Origin: an uncultured Gemmatimonadales bacterium
GTDB taxonomy: Bacteria; Gemmatimonadota; Gemmatimonadetes; Gemmatimonadales; GWC2-71-9
Direction of reading: 5' to 3'
Assembly: GCA_963730185.1 (NCBI GenBank)
Contig: CAVSQW010000008.1
Location: forward strand, 96,001 to 160,000
DNA: 64,000 bases
Below, piece after piece: positions 32,419 through 41,670 of this stretch. The position numbers and the translations under genes were made by a program. Below the pieces are notes generated by a model. It made no database searches. It was not told the DNA's origin and saw only the letters and a list, made by a program, of their open reading frames with translations. Within the stretch, counting starts at the first letter, position 1. Each line of letters starts with the position of its first letter.

Positions 32419-34446
32419 TCAGTGCCCGTGGAGCCAGTCCCACTGTGCGGCGGCGCCCGCCACGGCCCGGTCAACGTCCTCGTCCAGCAGCATCCGGCGC
32501 GCGACCAGGTCCCGGGCGACTCGCCGAGCCCGGTCCAGGTAAGCCGCTCGGCTGGGGTAGAGTGCCGCGAGGGTCGGGCGGGGATCGCCGGTCGCTCGTC
32601 GCTCGGCCTCGGTCCGGGGGAGCGGCAGATAGGTGCCGAGAATCCGCACCAGCTCACCGGTGTCGCCCGGCAAGCCCTTCCGGAGATTCCACGGTAGATA
32701 GGTGGCGAGTGGTGCCTCGAGCTCCATCGTCCGGATCCCGCCCAGCTCGTTGCCCAGGCTGTCGACCTGCGGGACCAGCGCGGGGTAGGGCTGGCCTACG
32801 CCCGGGGGTTCGCGGTCGATGATGCCCTCGCTCCAGCGGGGCCCGAAGTCCAGCCGGTCGGCATGGTGCACCACCGCCGGCCGGCCGAGATCGGGGATGG
32901 CGGGTAGCGCCAGGCGCTCGATCGGCACCAGGGTGCCGCGATCGATCCGCGGATAGGCGGAAGGCGGCGGCTCGGTCCCGTCCTTGACCCAGCCCAGGAG
33001 GCTCCCCAACAGGGCCCGGAGCGGAAGCCGGTAGTCGAGCGGATTCCCCCGATAGGCCCGCGAATCCGGCATCCGGCTGGACTCCGGCGGCGGGAAGGGG
33101 GCGCCCACGTGCTGGCCCCCGGCCAGGTGGTAGATCCGCTCGGTGGCCGGCGGGTCGACGTCGCGGGTGCCGTCGACCGAGGTGTGGATCAGCGACGCCG
33201 CCCGGCCCCAGTACTCGTAGCCGGTGTTGACCTGGAACACCTTCGGAAGGTCGGCCGGGTCGAATTGGTGGGCGTAGAGGCCGTCGGTGACGCCGGTGAC
33301 CGGATCGGTCTGGGTGACGCTCGAGAAGGGGAAGACGTCGGTCGGGTAGAAGAAGGTGTCGTAGCGGTGCGCGTCGCGCGACGGCTGCGCGAACCGGTGG
33401 TTGAAGCTGCCTCGGCCCCCGCCCGCGACGTGGATCAGGAGACCGTCGAAGACCTTCCGGCCTCGCTCGTCGGTGTTGAATCCCTGATAGACGAAGTGAC
33501 GGAGCAGCCGGCCGGTCTGCGAGATGCCGTAGCCGACCGCGTACCGGGCGTGGAACGGACTGGCCGGATCGTACTTGGCGGCGCTCATGGCGTCGCGGAT
33601 GGCCGCGAGGCCCAGTCCCGAGACCCGGGGGTTCGAGCTCCGGTACACCAGCTCGTAGATCTTCCCGGGCTCGAATCCGCCCGGGCGATAGATCCAGCGA
33701 GGGTCGTCGACCGGCCGGCCGTCCAGCTCCCGCGCGAAGCGCCAGGTCTCGCGCGGCACCACCCGCCGAGGCGCGTACCGGCCGTCGCGCACCGTCAGCA
33801 CGTTGTCCGGCGAGGCCGGATCGAGAACGGGATAGGCGACGTGGCTCCCGTGAGCGAGCGACAGCGCTCGGACGGGACCCGGGATGACCCAATCGGCGCG
33901 AACCAGACCCGTGATCGTTTGGCCATCCGGCTCCCGGGCGATCGGCGCGTCCAGGCCGAACCGGTCGGGATCGTCGGGCGGGACGTCGTACTGCCAGCCG
34001 ACCCAGACCATGGTGAGGCCCTGTCGGAGGAGCCACCCGTCGCCGAAGTCTTCGGGCTTGGAGGGGTGGGCCGCCATCGCCGCGAAGTCGAGGATGAACG
34101 GTGCGTAGCGGAGGCCCCGGTTCGAGACCTCGAAGAAAGCGATGTTGTCCTTCGACGGATGCTTGGGACGGAGGGCGGCGAAGTCGGCCCACGCCTCCAC
34201 TCGGCCGGCGGTGTTCCGGGGAGCCAGGGCAAGGTCGACGATCCGGCCGTTGTAGCGATTGGCGGGGTCGAAGGCGAAGAGGATGCGGCCCTCGATCAGC
34301 TCGTACGGTCCGGCCGCGCCGAAGGCCCGTCCCCCGAGCACGTCGGTGCGGTGGTGGATCTCGACTCGGACGACCTCGGCCGAGGCGGGTCGGGAAGCCG
34401 CAGCCGCGGCGAACAGGGCGAGCGCCAACACGCAGGGACGCGACAT
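32419..34446 (-). CDS. exported alpha/beta-hydrolase-domain protein
   Basis: Signal peptide; GISQTG nucleophile elbow; EYWGRAASL, GGQH, VDSLGNE. Confidence 0.8.
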   Translation of the reverse strand: MSRPCVLALALFAAAAASRPASAEVVRVEIHHRTDVLGGRAFGAAGPYELIEGRILFAFDPANRYNGRIVDLALAPRNTAGRVEAWADFAALRPKHPSKDNIAFFEVSNRGLRYAPFILDFAAMAAHPSKPEDFGDGWLLRQGLTMVWVGWQYDVPPDDPDRFGLDAPIAREPDGQTITGLVRADWVIPGPVRALSLAHGSHVAYPVLDPASPDNVLTVRDGRYAPRRVVPRETWRFARELDGRPVDDPRWIYRPGGFEPGKIYELVYRSSNPRVSGLGLAAIRDAMSAAKYDPASPFHARYAVGYGISQTGRLLRHFVYQGFNTDERGRKVFDGLLIHVAGGGRGSFNHRFAQPSRDAHRYDTFFYPTDVFPFSSVTQTDPVTGVTDGLYAHQFDPADLPKVFQVNTGYEYWGRAASLIHTSVDGTRDVDPPATERIYHLAGGQHVGAPFPPPESSRMPDSRAYRGNPLDYRLPLRALLGSLLGWVKDGTEPPPSAYPRIDRGTLVPIERLALPAIPDLGRPAVVHHADRLDFGPRWSEGIIDREPPGVGQPYPALVPQVDSLGNELGGIRTMELEAPLATYLPWNLRKGLPGDTGELVRILGTYLPLPRTEAERRATGDPRPTLAALYPSRAAYLDRARRVARDLVARRMLLDEDVDRAVAGAAAQWDWLHGH

Positions 34447-34575
34447 GGACGGCTCCGGAGGGAATCCAGGGAAGATAGCCTCCGCCCGGGCGCCGAGCTC
34501 GAGTGGCGGATCTCGGGACGAAACCACGTTGAGTGAGGGGGACCGACGCAGCTTCACCCCAATCCGGAGGCCCGC

Positions 34576-35037
34576 ATGCCCGCCCGCTCCCTCGCTCGCC
34601 TGACCCTCATCTCGGCCGCCGGCTGCCTGATCGCCGCCGCCTCCCCCCCGACCCGGCATCCGGGGGGCGATCCTCCCGGCCTCTCCGTCCGCTTCGAAGA
34701 GACGCCGTTCGGGTGCCGGGTCAGCGCGAAAGCCACCAACGGCGGGAGCTACCGGCTGGCGATTTCCCGCGACAGCCAGGTCAAGAGCGGCGCCGGGCAG
34801 ATCCTCGGGGTTTGGCGGAAGCTCGGTAAGTCGGTCTGGGTGAACCCCCACGGGTCGGCCCAATGGACCTACGACCTGGCGTTCGGCTGCAACATGAACC
34901 GGACCTACCGCTTCCAGGTCAAGAAGTTCGATGCCAACGACAAGCAGCTGGGCGACTACTGGTACTACTTCCCGTCGACCACCGGCGTCAGCCACGAGAC
35001 CGCGTTCTCGCTCGGCGATCTCAACCGGTTCTTCTGA
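34576..35037 (+). CDS. hypothetical exported protein
   Basis: GGAGG RBS, signal peptide, beta-rich body with two Cys. Confidence 0.7.
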   Translation: MPARSLARLTLISAAGCLIAAASPPTRHPGGDPPGLSVRFEETPFGCRVSAKATNGGSYRLAISRDSQVKSGAGQILGVWRKLGKSVWVNPHGSAQWTYDLAFGCNMNRTYRFQVKKFDANDKQLGDYWYYFPSTTGVSHETAFSLGDLNRFF

Positions 35038-35101
35038 GGTCCCCCGGAGTGGCAGGGGCTGATTCCGGATCGGAGCGCGGCGCCGGAGTGGCTGGGGCGG
35101 C

Positions 35102-35130
35102 TTGCCGCGGCCGGTCCGTTCCGCTAGGTT
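35102..35130 (+). promoter_or_regulatory. sigma70-like promoter TTGCCG-N17-TAGGTT
   Basis: 17-bp spacer; the -10 ends 8 nt before ATG 35139 and there is no Shine-Dalgarno, consistent with leaderless initiation. Confidence 0.6.
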
Positions 35131-35138
35131 CGCTGGCG

Positions 35139-35234
35139 ATGTCATTCACGGTCTGTATGGCTTGCTGTTGTTGCTGTTGTCGCCCGATGTGTTCGGGGGA
35201 CGGCGGCGCCACTGGGGCTACGGATCGAGGATAG
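35139..35234 (+). CDS. poly-cysteine leader peptide (31 aa, 8 Cys), candidate attenuator peptide
   Basis: MSFTVCMACCCCCCRPMCSGDGGATGATDRG*; six consecutive Cys codons at 35163-35180; directly upstream of a terminator and a sulfur operon. Confidence 0.8.
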   Translation: MSFTVCMACCCCCCRPMCSGDGGATGATDRG

Positions 35235-35279
35235 ACGCCTGACGCGGGCCCGACGCCCGCCAGCATCCGAACCCACTCA

Positions 35280-35318
35280 GCGGCCGCGAGTCCCCACGAC
35301 TCGCGGCCGTTTCGCTTT
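35280..35318 (+). terminator. intrinsic terminator (attenuator) before the ATP-grasp gene
   Basis: GCGGCCGCGAGTC-CCCAC-GACTCGCGGCCGT 13-bp stem followed by TTCGCTTT, ending about 20 nt before ATG 35341. Confidence 0.8.
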
Positions 35319-35340
35319 CCGGACCGTGAAGGAATCGCTG

Positions 35341-36327
35341 ATGTCGAAGTCCCGAGCCGACTTGCCGATCGCCGTCTACTACGAGCACCCGGACTGGTTC
35401 CGGCCCCTCTTTGCCGAGCTCCACCGCCGGGGGCTGGCCTGGACGCCGATCGACGCCGGATCCCATTGGTACGACCCCACTGATCCGGAGCCGCCCTACT
35501 CACTGGTGGTGAACCGGGCCAGCCCGTCCGCGTATCTCCGCGGTCACGTGCAGTCCACCTTCCATACGCTCGACTGGCTCCGCTACCTCGACCGGGTCGG
35601 CGTGCCCGTCGTGAACGGTGCCCTGGCCTATGCGGTCGAGATCTCCAAGGCCCACCAGCTGGAGATCCTGGCCGAGCTCGGGATTCCGGCGCCCCGGGCC
35701 CGCGTCATCAACGACCCCGCCCGGGCCGTCGCGGCGGCGACCGGCCTTCGCTACCCGGTGATCGTGAAGGCCAACATCGGCGGGAGCGGCGCCGGTATCA
35801 CCCGCTTCGACACCGAGGCCTCACTGGCCGCGGCCGCCGCCGGTCTCGATCTGGGGATCGATCGAACCGCCCTGGTCCAGGAGCTGGCGCCACTCGGCGG
35901 TGGTCGGATCACCCGGGTCGAGGTGCTGGGCGGAAGGCTCCTCTACGCCATCAACGTCTACCCCTCCGGCGAGACCTTCAATCTCTGCCCGGCCGATCTC
36001 TGCCAGACCACCGACGGCCGGGCCCTGGAACGGACCTTCTGCGCGGTCGACGCGCCTCGGAGCGGGATGCGCGTCGAGCCGGCCGACCCGCCGGCCGAGA
36101 TCGTCGCCTGGGTGGAGCGGATCGCCGAGCGGGTGGGGCTCGACGTCGGGGGGATCGAGTATCTGATCGACGAGCGTGACGGGTTGCCCTACGTCTACGA
36201 CATCAACGCTCTCTCCAACTTTGTGGCCGACGCGCCTCAGGTGATCGGGTTCGATCCGTTTTCCCGGCTGGTGGACTACCTCGAGGCGCGGGCCGGTCGC
36301 CGGGTGCCCGCGGGAGCGGTCGCCTGA
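35341..36327 (+). CDS. RimK/glutathione-synthetase-like ATP-grasp protein
   Basis: YPVIVKANIGGSGAG, LVQE, GGIEYLID, YDINALSNF; GAAGGA RBS. Confidence 0.85.
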   Translation: MSKSRADLPIAVYYEHPDWFRPLFAELHRRGLAWTPIDAGSHWYDPTDPEPPYSLVVNRASPSAYLRGHVQSTFHTLDWLRYLDRVGVPVVNGALAYAVEISKAHQLEILAELGIPAPRARVINDPARAVAAATGLRYPVIVKANIGGSGAGITRFDTEASLAAAAAGLDLGIDRTALVQELAPLGGGRITRVEVLGGRLLYAINVYPSGETFNLCPADLCQTTDGRALERTFCAVDAPRSGMRVEPADPPAEIVAWVERIAERVGLDVGGIEYLIDERDGLPYVYDINALSNFVADAPQVIGFDPFSRLVDYLEARAGRRVPAGAVA

Positions 36328-37412
36328 TGCGATACGGCTATTGGCTTCCGGTCTTCGGCGGCTGGCTCCGGAACGTGCCGGGAGAGGGCATGGAGGCGAC
36401 CTGGGACTACGTGAGCCGGTTGGCGCGCCGGAGCGAGGAGATCGGGTTCGACCTCACCTTGATCGCCGAGCTCTTTCTCAACGACATCAAGGGGATCGAA
36501 GCGCCCTCGCTGGATGCCTGGTCGACGGCGGCCGGGCTCGCGGCCGTGACCCATCGGCTGGAGCTCCTGGTGGCGGTCCGGCCGACGTTTCATAACCCGG
36601 CCATCTTGGCCAAGCAGGCCGCGGCGATCGACCGGATGTCGGGGGGGCGGGTGGCGCTCAACGTGGTGTCGTCCTGGTGGTCGGACGAGGCCCGGCGCTA
36701 TGGGGTCCAGTTCGATCGGCACGACGACCGGTACGCCCGGACCGCCGAATGGCTGGCGGTGGTCGACGGCGTCTGGCGGGAGCCGTCGTTCGACTTTGCC
36801 GGATCGTACTACCAGGTGAGCGCGACGGTGCTCGAGCCCAAGCCGGTCAGGCGTCCCCGGCCACCGATCTACGCCGGCGGCGAATCCGAGGCGGCCAAGC
36901 GGCTCATCGCGGCGACCTGCGACGCCTACGTGATGCACGGCGATGCCCCCGGCGTGATCGGGCCCAAGGTGGCCGATCTGGCCGCCCGCCGGGCCCGGAC
37001 CGGCTTGCCTCCGCTCGAGTTCGGGATGGCGGCCTATGCCGTCGTCCGGCCGACCGAGCGGGAGGCCCGGCGCGAGTTGGAGCGAATCACCAACGTCGCG
37101 CCCGGGTCGGCCGGGTACGCGAACTATCAGGACTGGATCGCCAACACCCAGCTCGAGAGTCGGGTCTCCCTCGAGGACTATTCGGTCTCGAATCGGGGGC
37201 TTCGGGCCGGCTTGGTCGGAACCCCGGAGCAGGTGGCCGACCGGATCGTCGCCTTCGCGGAGGCCGGGGTGGGGTTGCTCCTGCTCCAGTCCAGTCCGCA
37301 GGCCGAAGAGATGGAGCGATTCGCCGAGCAGGTGATGCCGCTGGTGGCGGAGCGGTTGGGACCGACCGCGTCGGTCACCGGCCTGCTCGCAGCGCCCGAC
37401 GGCCGCGGATAG
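36327..37412 (+). CDS. LLM-class flavin-dependent monooxygenase, SfnG/SsuD-like
   Basis: GYWLPVFGG, LIAELFLND, AVRP, NVVSSW, IYAGGES, GLVGTPEQVA; TGATG coupling to the ATP-grasp gene. Confidence 0.85.
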   Translation: MRYGYWLPVFGGWLRNVPGEGMEATWDYVSRLARRSEEIGFDLTLIAELFLNDIKGIEAPSLDAWSTAAGLAAVTHRLELLVAVRPTFHNPAILAKQAAAIDRMSGGRVALNVVSSWWSDEARRYGVQFDRHDDRYARTAEWLAVVDGVWREPSFDFAGSYYQVSATVLEPKPVRRPRPPIYAGGESEAAKRLIAATCDAYVMHGDAPGVIGPKVADLAARRARTGLPPLEFGMAAYAVVRPTEREARRELERITNVAPGSAGYANYQDWIANTQLESRVSLEDYSVSNRGLRAGLVGTPEQVADRIVAFAEAGVGLLLLQSSPQAEEMERFAEQVMPLVAERLGPTASVTGLLAAPDGRG

Positions 37413-37466
37413 TTTTTTGCACCTGCGCGTCCCCCTGTCGCGTCAACCGAAAAGCGAGTGACTCCG

Positions 37467-38546
37467 ATGCCAGAATCCCGAACCACCGCCGGCCGAGGCC
37501 GCCTCTACGACAGCATCGTCGAGACGATCGGCGACACCCCCTGCATCCGCGTCAACCGCCTGGCCCCGGACCAGGTGTCGATCTACGTCAAAGCCGAGTT
37601 CTTCAACCCGGGCGGGTCGGTCAAGGACCGCCTGGCGATCAGCATCATCGAGGAGGCGGAGCGCCGGGGCGATCTGACGCCCGGCCAGACGGTGGTGGAG
37701 GCGACCAGCGGTAACACCGGGATCGGGCTCGCGATGGTCTGCGCGGCGAAGGGCTACCCGCTGGTGGTGACCATGGCCGACAGCTTCTCCATCGAGCGCC
37801 GCCGGCTGATGCGGTTCCTCGGCGCCAGGGTGATCCTGACGCCCCGCGCGGCCAAAGGCTACGGCATGTACGTCAAGGCCAAGGAGCTGGCCGACGCAAA
37901 TGGCTGGTTCCTGGCCCGCCAGTTCGAGACGCCCGACAACGCCCTGATCCACGAGCACACGACGGCCCGCGAGATCCTGGCCGATTTCGACGGCCGGCGG
38001 CTCGACTACTTCGTGACCGGCTACGGGACCGGCGGCACCTTTACCGGCGTGGCCAAGGTGCTCCGGAAGGATCGCCCCAAGACCAGGATCGTGCTGAGCG
38101 AGCCGGCCAATGCCCAGCTGATCGGCAGCGGGGTCGCCCAGGCCCGGGCGGCCGGGCATGCCCCGGCCGGATCACACCCGGCGTGGGAGCCGCATCCGAT
38201 TCAGGGGTGGACGCCCGACTTCATTCCCTACGTGATGCAGGACGCACTCGACCGGAAACATTATGACGAGGTCGTGCCGATCGCGGGACCTGTGGGGATG
38301 GAGTGGTCGCGCAAGCTGGCCCGCCAGGAGGGGATCTTCACCGGGATCTCGGGCGGCTCGACCTTCGCGGCGGCGCGACAGGTCGCGGAGCGAGCCGAGC
38401 CCGGGTCGGTCGTGCTCTGTATGCTGCCCGACACCGGCGAGCGCTACCTGTCGTCACCGCTGTTCGAGGGCATTCCGGAGGGAATGACCGACGAGGAGCG
38501 GGCGTTGTCGCTCTCGACGCCGGGTTTTCACATGGACCCGGCTTAA
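37467..38546 (+). CDS. cysK: cysteine synthase (O-acetylserine sulfhydrylase)
   Basis: NPGGSVKDR (PLP Lys), ATSGNTG, GTGGT, HPIQG, PDTGERYLS. Confidence 0.9.
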   Translation: MPESRTTAGRGRLYDSIVETIGDTPCIRVNRLAPDQVSIYVKAEFFNPGGSVKDRLAISIIEEAERRGDLTPGQTVVEATSGNTGIGLAMVCAAKGYPLVVTMADSFSIERRRLMRFLGARVILTPRAAKGYGMYVKAKELADANGWFLARQFETPDNALIHEHTTAREILADFDGRRLDYFVTGYGTGGTFTGVAKVLRKDRPKTRIVLSEPANAQLIGSGVAQARAAGHAPAGSHPAWEPHPIQGWTPDFIPYVMQDALDRKHYDEVVPIAGPVGMEWSRKLARQEGIFTGISGGSTFAAARQVAERAEPGSVVLCMLPDTGERYLSSPLFEGIPEGMTDEERALSLSTPGFHMDPA

Positions 38547-38691
38547 CCAAGTCGGCTCGGTCCAACCTCGAGATCCCGTCCCGCCGCCGTCGCCCAGCCT
38601 GAAACGCGTACTGGCGACGATCCCACCACTGGTCCCACCAGCGAGGCGTTGCGGTATCGCCACCTGACCCCTCGAAGGGGCCAGGTGGTGG

Positions 38692-39051
38692 TTACCGGCT
38701 GAATCCCGCGGCCGGCTCCAGGTAGGTGGGGCCCAAGCCCGCGAGCGCCGCCTTGATCTCGGCGTTGGGCGAGCCGTAGACGGAGCAGCCGGTCGGCTCC
38801 AGCACCGCCATGAACCGCTCGGCGTACCTCGCGCCGAAGGTGCCGATGTGGATCATCGCCGCCGCGGAGTCGGTGTAGCGCTCGTAGAGATGGCAGACCT
38901 TCCCATCCGGGCTCAGGTTCCACTCGTAGGCGATGGTGCCGGGCTCGTTCGCCTCGGTGGCGGCGACCATCTCCGCCATCAGGGCCCGGAAGGTGTCTCC
39001 CTGACCCTCCCGCACGTTGAGGTCCAGCCGCCAGGCCACGTTGCCGTTCAT
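38692..39051 (-). CDS. antibiotic-biosynthesis-monooxygenase (ABM) family protein
   Basis: EPGTIAYEW..LYERYTDSAAAMIH. Confidence 0.8.
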   Translation of the reverse strand: MNGNVAWRLDLNVREGQGDTFRALMAEMVAATEANEPGTIAYEWNLSPDGKVCHLYERYTDSAAAMIHIGTFGARYAERFMAVLEPTGCSVYGSPNAEIKAALAGLGPTYLEPAAGFSR

Positions 39052-39205
39052 GATGCTCTCGGGTCAGGGTCTCGGTGGGTACGGGGTCGGGGTATCCGGC
39101 CTCGGAGCGAGTGAAGGTACCACCCCGAGTCCGAAGAGCAACGGTCAGGCGGGGAGCCATTCCTCTACCTCGCTGGGAGTCGGGATCGGCGCTAGCTTCC
39201 GCACC

Positions 39206-40123
39206 ATGCCCAGACTCCATGGAAGCACCGGTCTGGCGGCCCTCGCGGCCGCCTCCCTCCTCCTCGCGGTAAGCGCCGTCCCGGACGCCTCCGCCCAAGA
39301 ACCGGCCCGGCCGCGCCCCGGCCAGCCGGTCATGCTGGTGACCGGCGCAACCAGCGGCCTGGGCCGCGAGGTGGCGCTCCGGCTCGCGGCCACAGGCGCC
39401 TTCGTGATCGTTCACGGCCGCGACTCGGCCCGCGGCGCCGAGGTGGTGTCCGAGATCGAGCAGGCGGGGAAGGGCGGGGCTCGGTTCTACGCGGCCGATT
39501 TCGCCACCAACGCGGGTGTTCGCCAGTTGGCCGACGACGTTCTTCGCGACTTCTCGCGGCTGGACGTCCTGGTGAACAACGCCGGCGTCGGCTCGGTGCC
39601 GGCCGACCGGGCCCTGACCGACAACGGGGTCGAGTACCGGATGCAGGTGAACTACCTCTCGGGGTTCCTGCTCACCCGCCTGCTCATGCCGAGGCTCCTG
39701 GCCAGCACTCCATCGCGGGTGGTCAACGTCTCGTCGCTCTCGGCCAGCCCGGTCGACTTCGACGACCCGATGATGGCCAATGGGTTCAGCCCGATGCGGG
39801 CCTACGGGCAGAGCAAGCTGTGCCAGGTAATGTTCACCTTCGACCTGGCGGCCGAGCTCGAAGGGAAGGGCGTCACCGTCAACGCCCTGCACCCGGCCAC
39901 CCTGATGCCGACCGGAATGGTGGCCAGGGCCGGATACAAGCCGCAATCGACCATCGACGAGGGCGCCAAGGCCGTGCTGCATCTGGTGCTCGACCCGGAC
40001 GTCGGTACGGGCCAGTTCTTCATCGGCCTCGAGCCGGGGAAGGCCAATGCCCAGGCCTACGACCCCGACGCCCGGGCTCGGCTCAAGGCCCTGAGCGAGC
40101 GGCTCGTCGCCGAGCGCGAGTGA
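39206..40123 (+). CDS. SDR oxidoreductase with N-terminal signal-like segment
   Basis: TGATSGLG, NNAG, YGQSK. Confidence 0.9.
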   Translation: MPRLHGSTGLAALAAASLLLAVSAVPDASAQEPARPRPGQPVMLVTGATSGLGREVALRLAATGAFVIVHGRDSARGAEVVSEIEQAGKGGARFYAADFATNAGVRQLADDVLRDFSRLDVLVNNAGVGSVPADRALTDNGVEYRMQVNYLSGFLLTRLLMPRLLASTPSRVVNVSSLSASPVDFDDPMMANGFSPMRAYGQSKLCQVMFTFDLAAELEGKGVTVNALHPATLMPTGMVARAGYKPQSTIDEGAKAVLHLVLDPDVGTGQFFIGLEPGKANAQAYDPDARARLKALSERLVAERE

Positions 40124-41616
40124 TCCCGAACCGAATGGCGTCCCACGGAGCGAGCCCTCACCTGACCACCGCGACTCGCGCGCTCGGCGGTTGGGCTCTG
40201 CTCTCCCTCTGGGCGGCGGCGGCGCTCCCGGCCCAGCGGCCCGCCTCGTTCTCGGCCGAGGTCCGCCAGTTCATCGTGGTGGACGAACCGGTGCTCGCGC
40301 TCCGGGGCGTCCGGGTGATCGATGGCACCGGCGCCCAGCCTCGGGACGGTCAGACCATCCTGCTCGAAAACGGCCGGATCCGCGCGGTCGGCGCCACCGG
40401 CCAGGTGACCATCCCCGCCGGTGCCCGGGTGCTCGACCTGGCCGGGCACACCGTCATTCCCGGTTTGGTGGGCGTGCACGACCACATGTTCTACACGACG
40501 CCGCAGGGCACCACGATCCAGATGCCCTTTTCGGCGCCGCGCCTCTATCTCGCCAGCGGAGTCACCACGGTCCGCACGGCCGGGAGCTTCTCGACCTACG
40601 CGGAGCTCAACCTCAAGGCGAGCATCGAGCGGGGTGATGTCCCCGGGCCGCGGATGCACATCACGGCGCCGTACCTGATCTCCCCCGGGCCGAACGCCGG
40701 CTTGAGCGCGATGGGCATGCAGGAGGTCGAGACCCCGGAGGCGGCCCGCCGGACCGTGGCCTACTGGGCGGCGGAAGGGGCGGAGTGGATCAAGGGGTAC
40801 ACTCAGTTGTCGCGGGCGGTCTTCAAGGCGGCGATCGAGGAGGCCCACGCCCACGGCATGAAGGCGACCGGCCACCTCTGCTCCATCAGCTTCACCGAAG
40901 CCGTCGAGCTCGGCATCGACAACATCGAGCACGGTTTCCGGACCAACTCGGACTACGACGCGGGGAAGCAGCCGGACGTCTGTCCCGCCAATCACTTCGC
41001 CCAGCTCGCCCAGCTCGACATGAAGGATCCCCGGATCGCGGAGACGTTCCGGGTGATGATCGCCCATGGGGTGGGGATGAACACCACCACGGTCAACGAG
41101 GAGCTGGCGCCGGGGCGGCCTGGCCCCGACGCCCGGACCCTCGCCGCGATGGCGCCGTGGATCGGCGAGCGCGAGCTCCAGCGCCGGGCCTGGCTCGACG
41201 CGGGGAAGAAGGAAGGCGAGACCTATCCCCACATGGGCGAGATCTATCCCAAGTCGCGGCAGTACGAGCTGGCGTTCGTGCGGGCCGGCGGTCTGCTGGC
41301 GGCCGGCGTCGATCCGGCGTTCGGGACGCTGCCCGGGTTCGGCGACCAGCGGAATCTGGAGCTCCTGGTCGAGGCCGGGTTCACGGTGCCGGAGGCGGTC
41401 CAGATCATCACCGCCAACGGGGCCAAGGTGCTCGGCGTCCTGGACCAGCGCGGCACCGTCGAGGCCGGCAAGCTCGCCGACCTGGTCGTGATCCCGGGTG
41501 ACCTGATGACCGACCCGACCGCGATCCGGCGGACCGTGACGGTATTCAAGGATGGCGTCGGCTACGATTCCGCCAAGCTGATCGCGGCGGTCAAGGGCCA
41601 AGTGGGGATCCAGTAG
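40120..41616 (+). CDS. amidohydrolase family protein, exported
   Basis: PGLVGVHDH, GHL, IEHG, GVD, GKLADLVV; GTGA overlap (alternative start 40135). Confidence 0.9.
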   Translation: MIPNRMASHGASPHLTTATRALGGWALLSLWAAAALPAQRPASFSAEVRQFIVVDEPVLALRGVRVIDGTGAQPRDGQTILLENGRIRAVGATGQVTIPAGARVLDLAGHTVIPGLVGVHDHMFYTTPQGTTIQMPFSAPRLYLASGVTTVRTAGSFSTYAELNLKASIERGDVPGPRMHITAPYLISPGPNAGLSAMGMQEVETPEAARRTVAYWAAEGAEWIKGYTQLSRAVFKAAIEEAHAHGMKATGHLCSISFTEAVELGIDNIEHGFRTNSDYDAGKQPDVCPANHFAQLAQLDMKDPRIAETFRVMIAHGVGMNTTTVNEELAPGRPGPDARTLAAMAPWIGERELQRRAWLDAGKKEGETYPHMGEIYPKSRQYELAFVRAGGLLAAGVDPAFGTLPGFGDQRNLELLVEAGFTVPEAVQIITANGAKVLGVLDQRGTVEAGKLADLVVIPGDLMTDPTAIRRTVTVFKDGVGYDSAKLIAAVKGQVGIQ

Positions 41617-41670
41617 CGGATCCCGTGGGCAGGACGGCCGCGCCGCTCGACGCTGGGTGGCGGGCGGCGG

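Noticed and set aside
34863..35234. 123-aa ORF containing the poly-Cys run
   Set aside because: Its 5' part overlaps gene 34576..35037 out of frame; the promoter position points to ATG 35139.
35021..35503. Minus-strand ORF with QQQQQQ
   Set aside because: It is the reverse complement of the Cys-codon run, with no other coding signal.
35139..36327. Cys-rich peptide as a RiPP (graspetide) precursor or metallothionein
   Set aside because: A terminator and alternative hairpins lie between peptide and enzyme, neighbours are sulfur-assimilation genes, and there is no transporter or peptidase. Attenuation explains more, though the Ser/Thr/Asp tail means a RiPP is not formally excluded.
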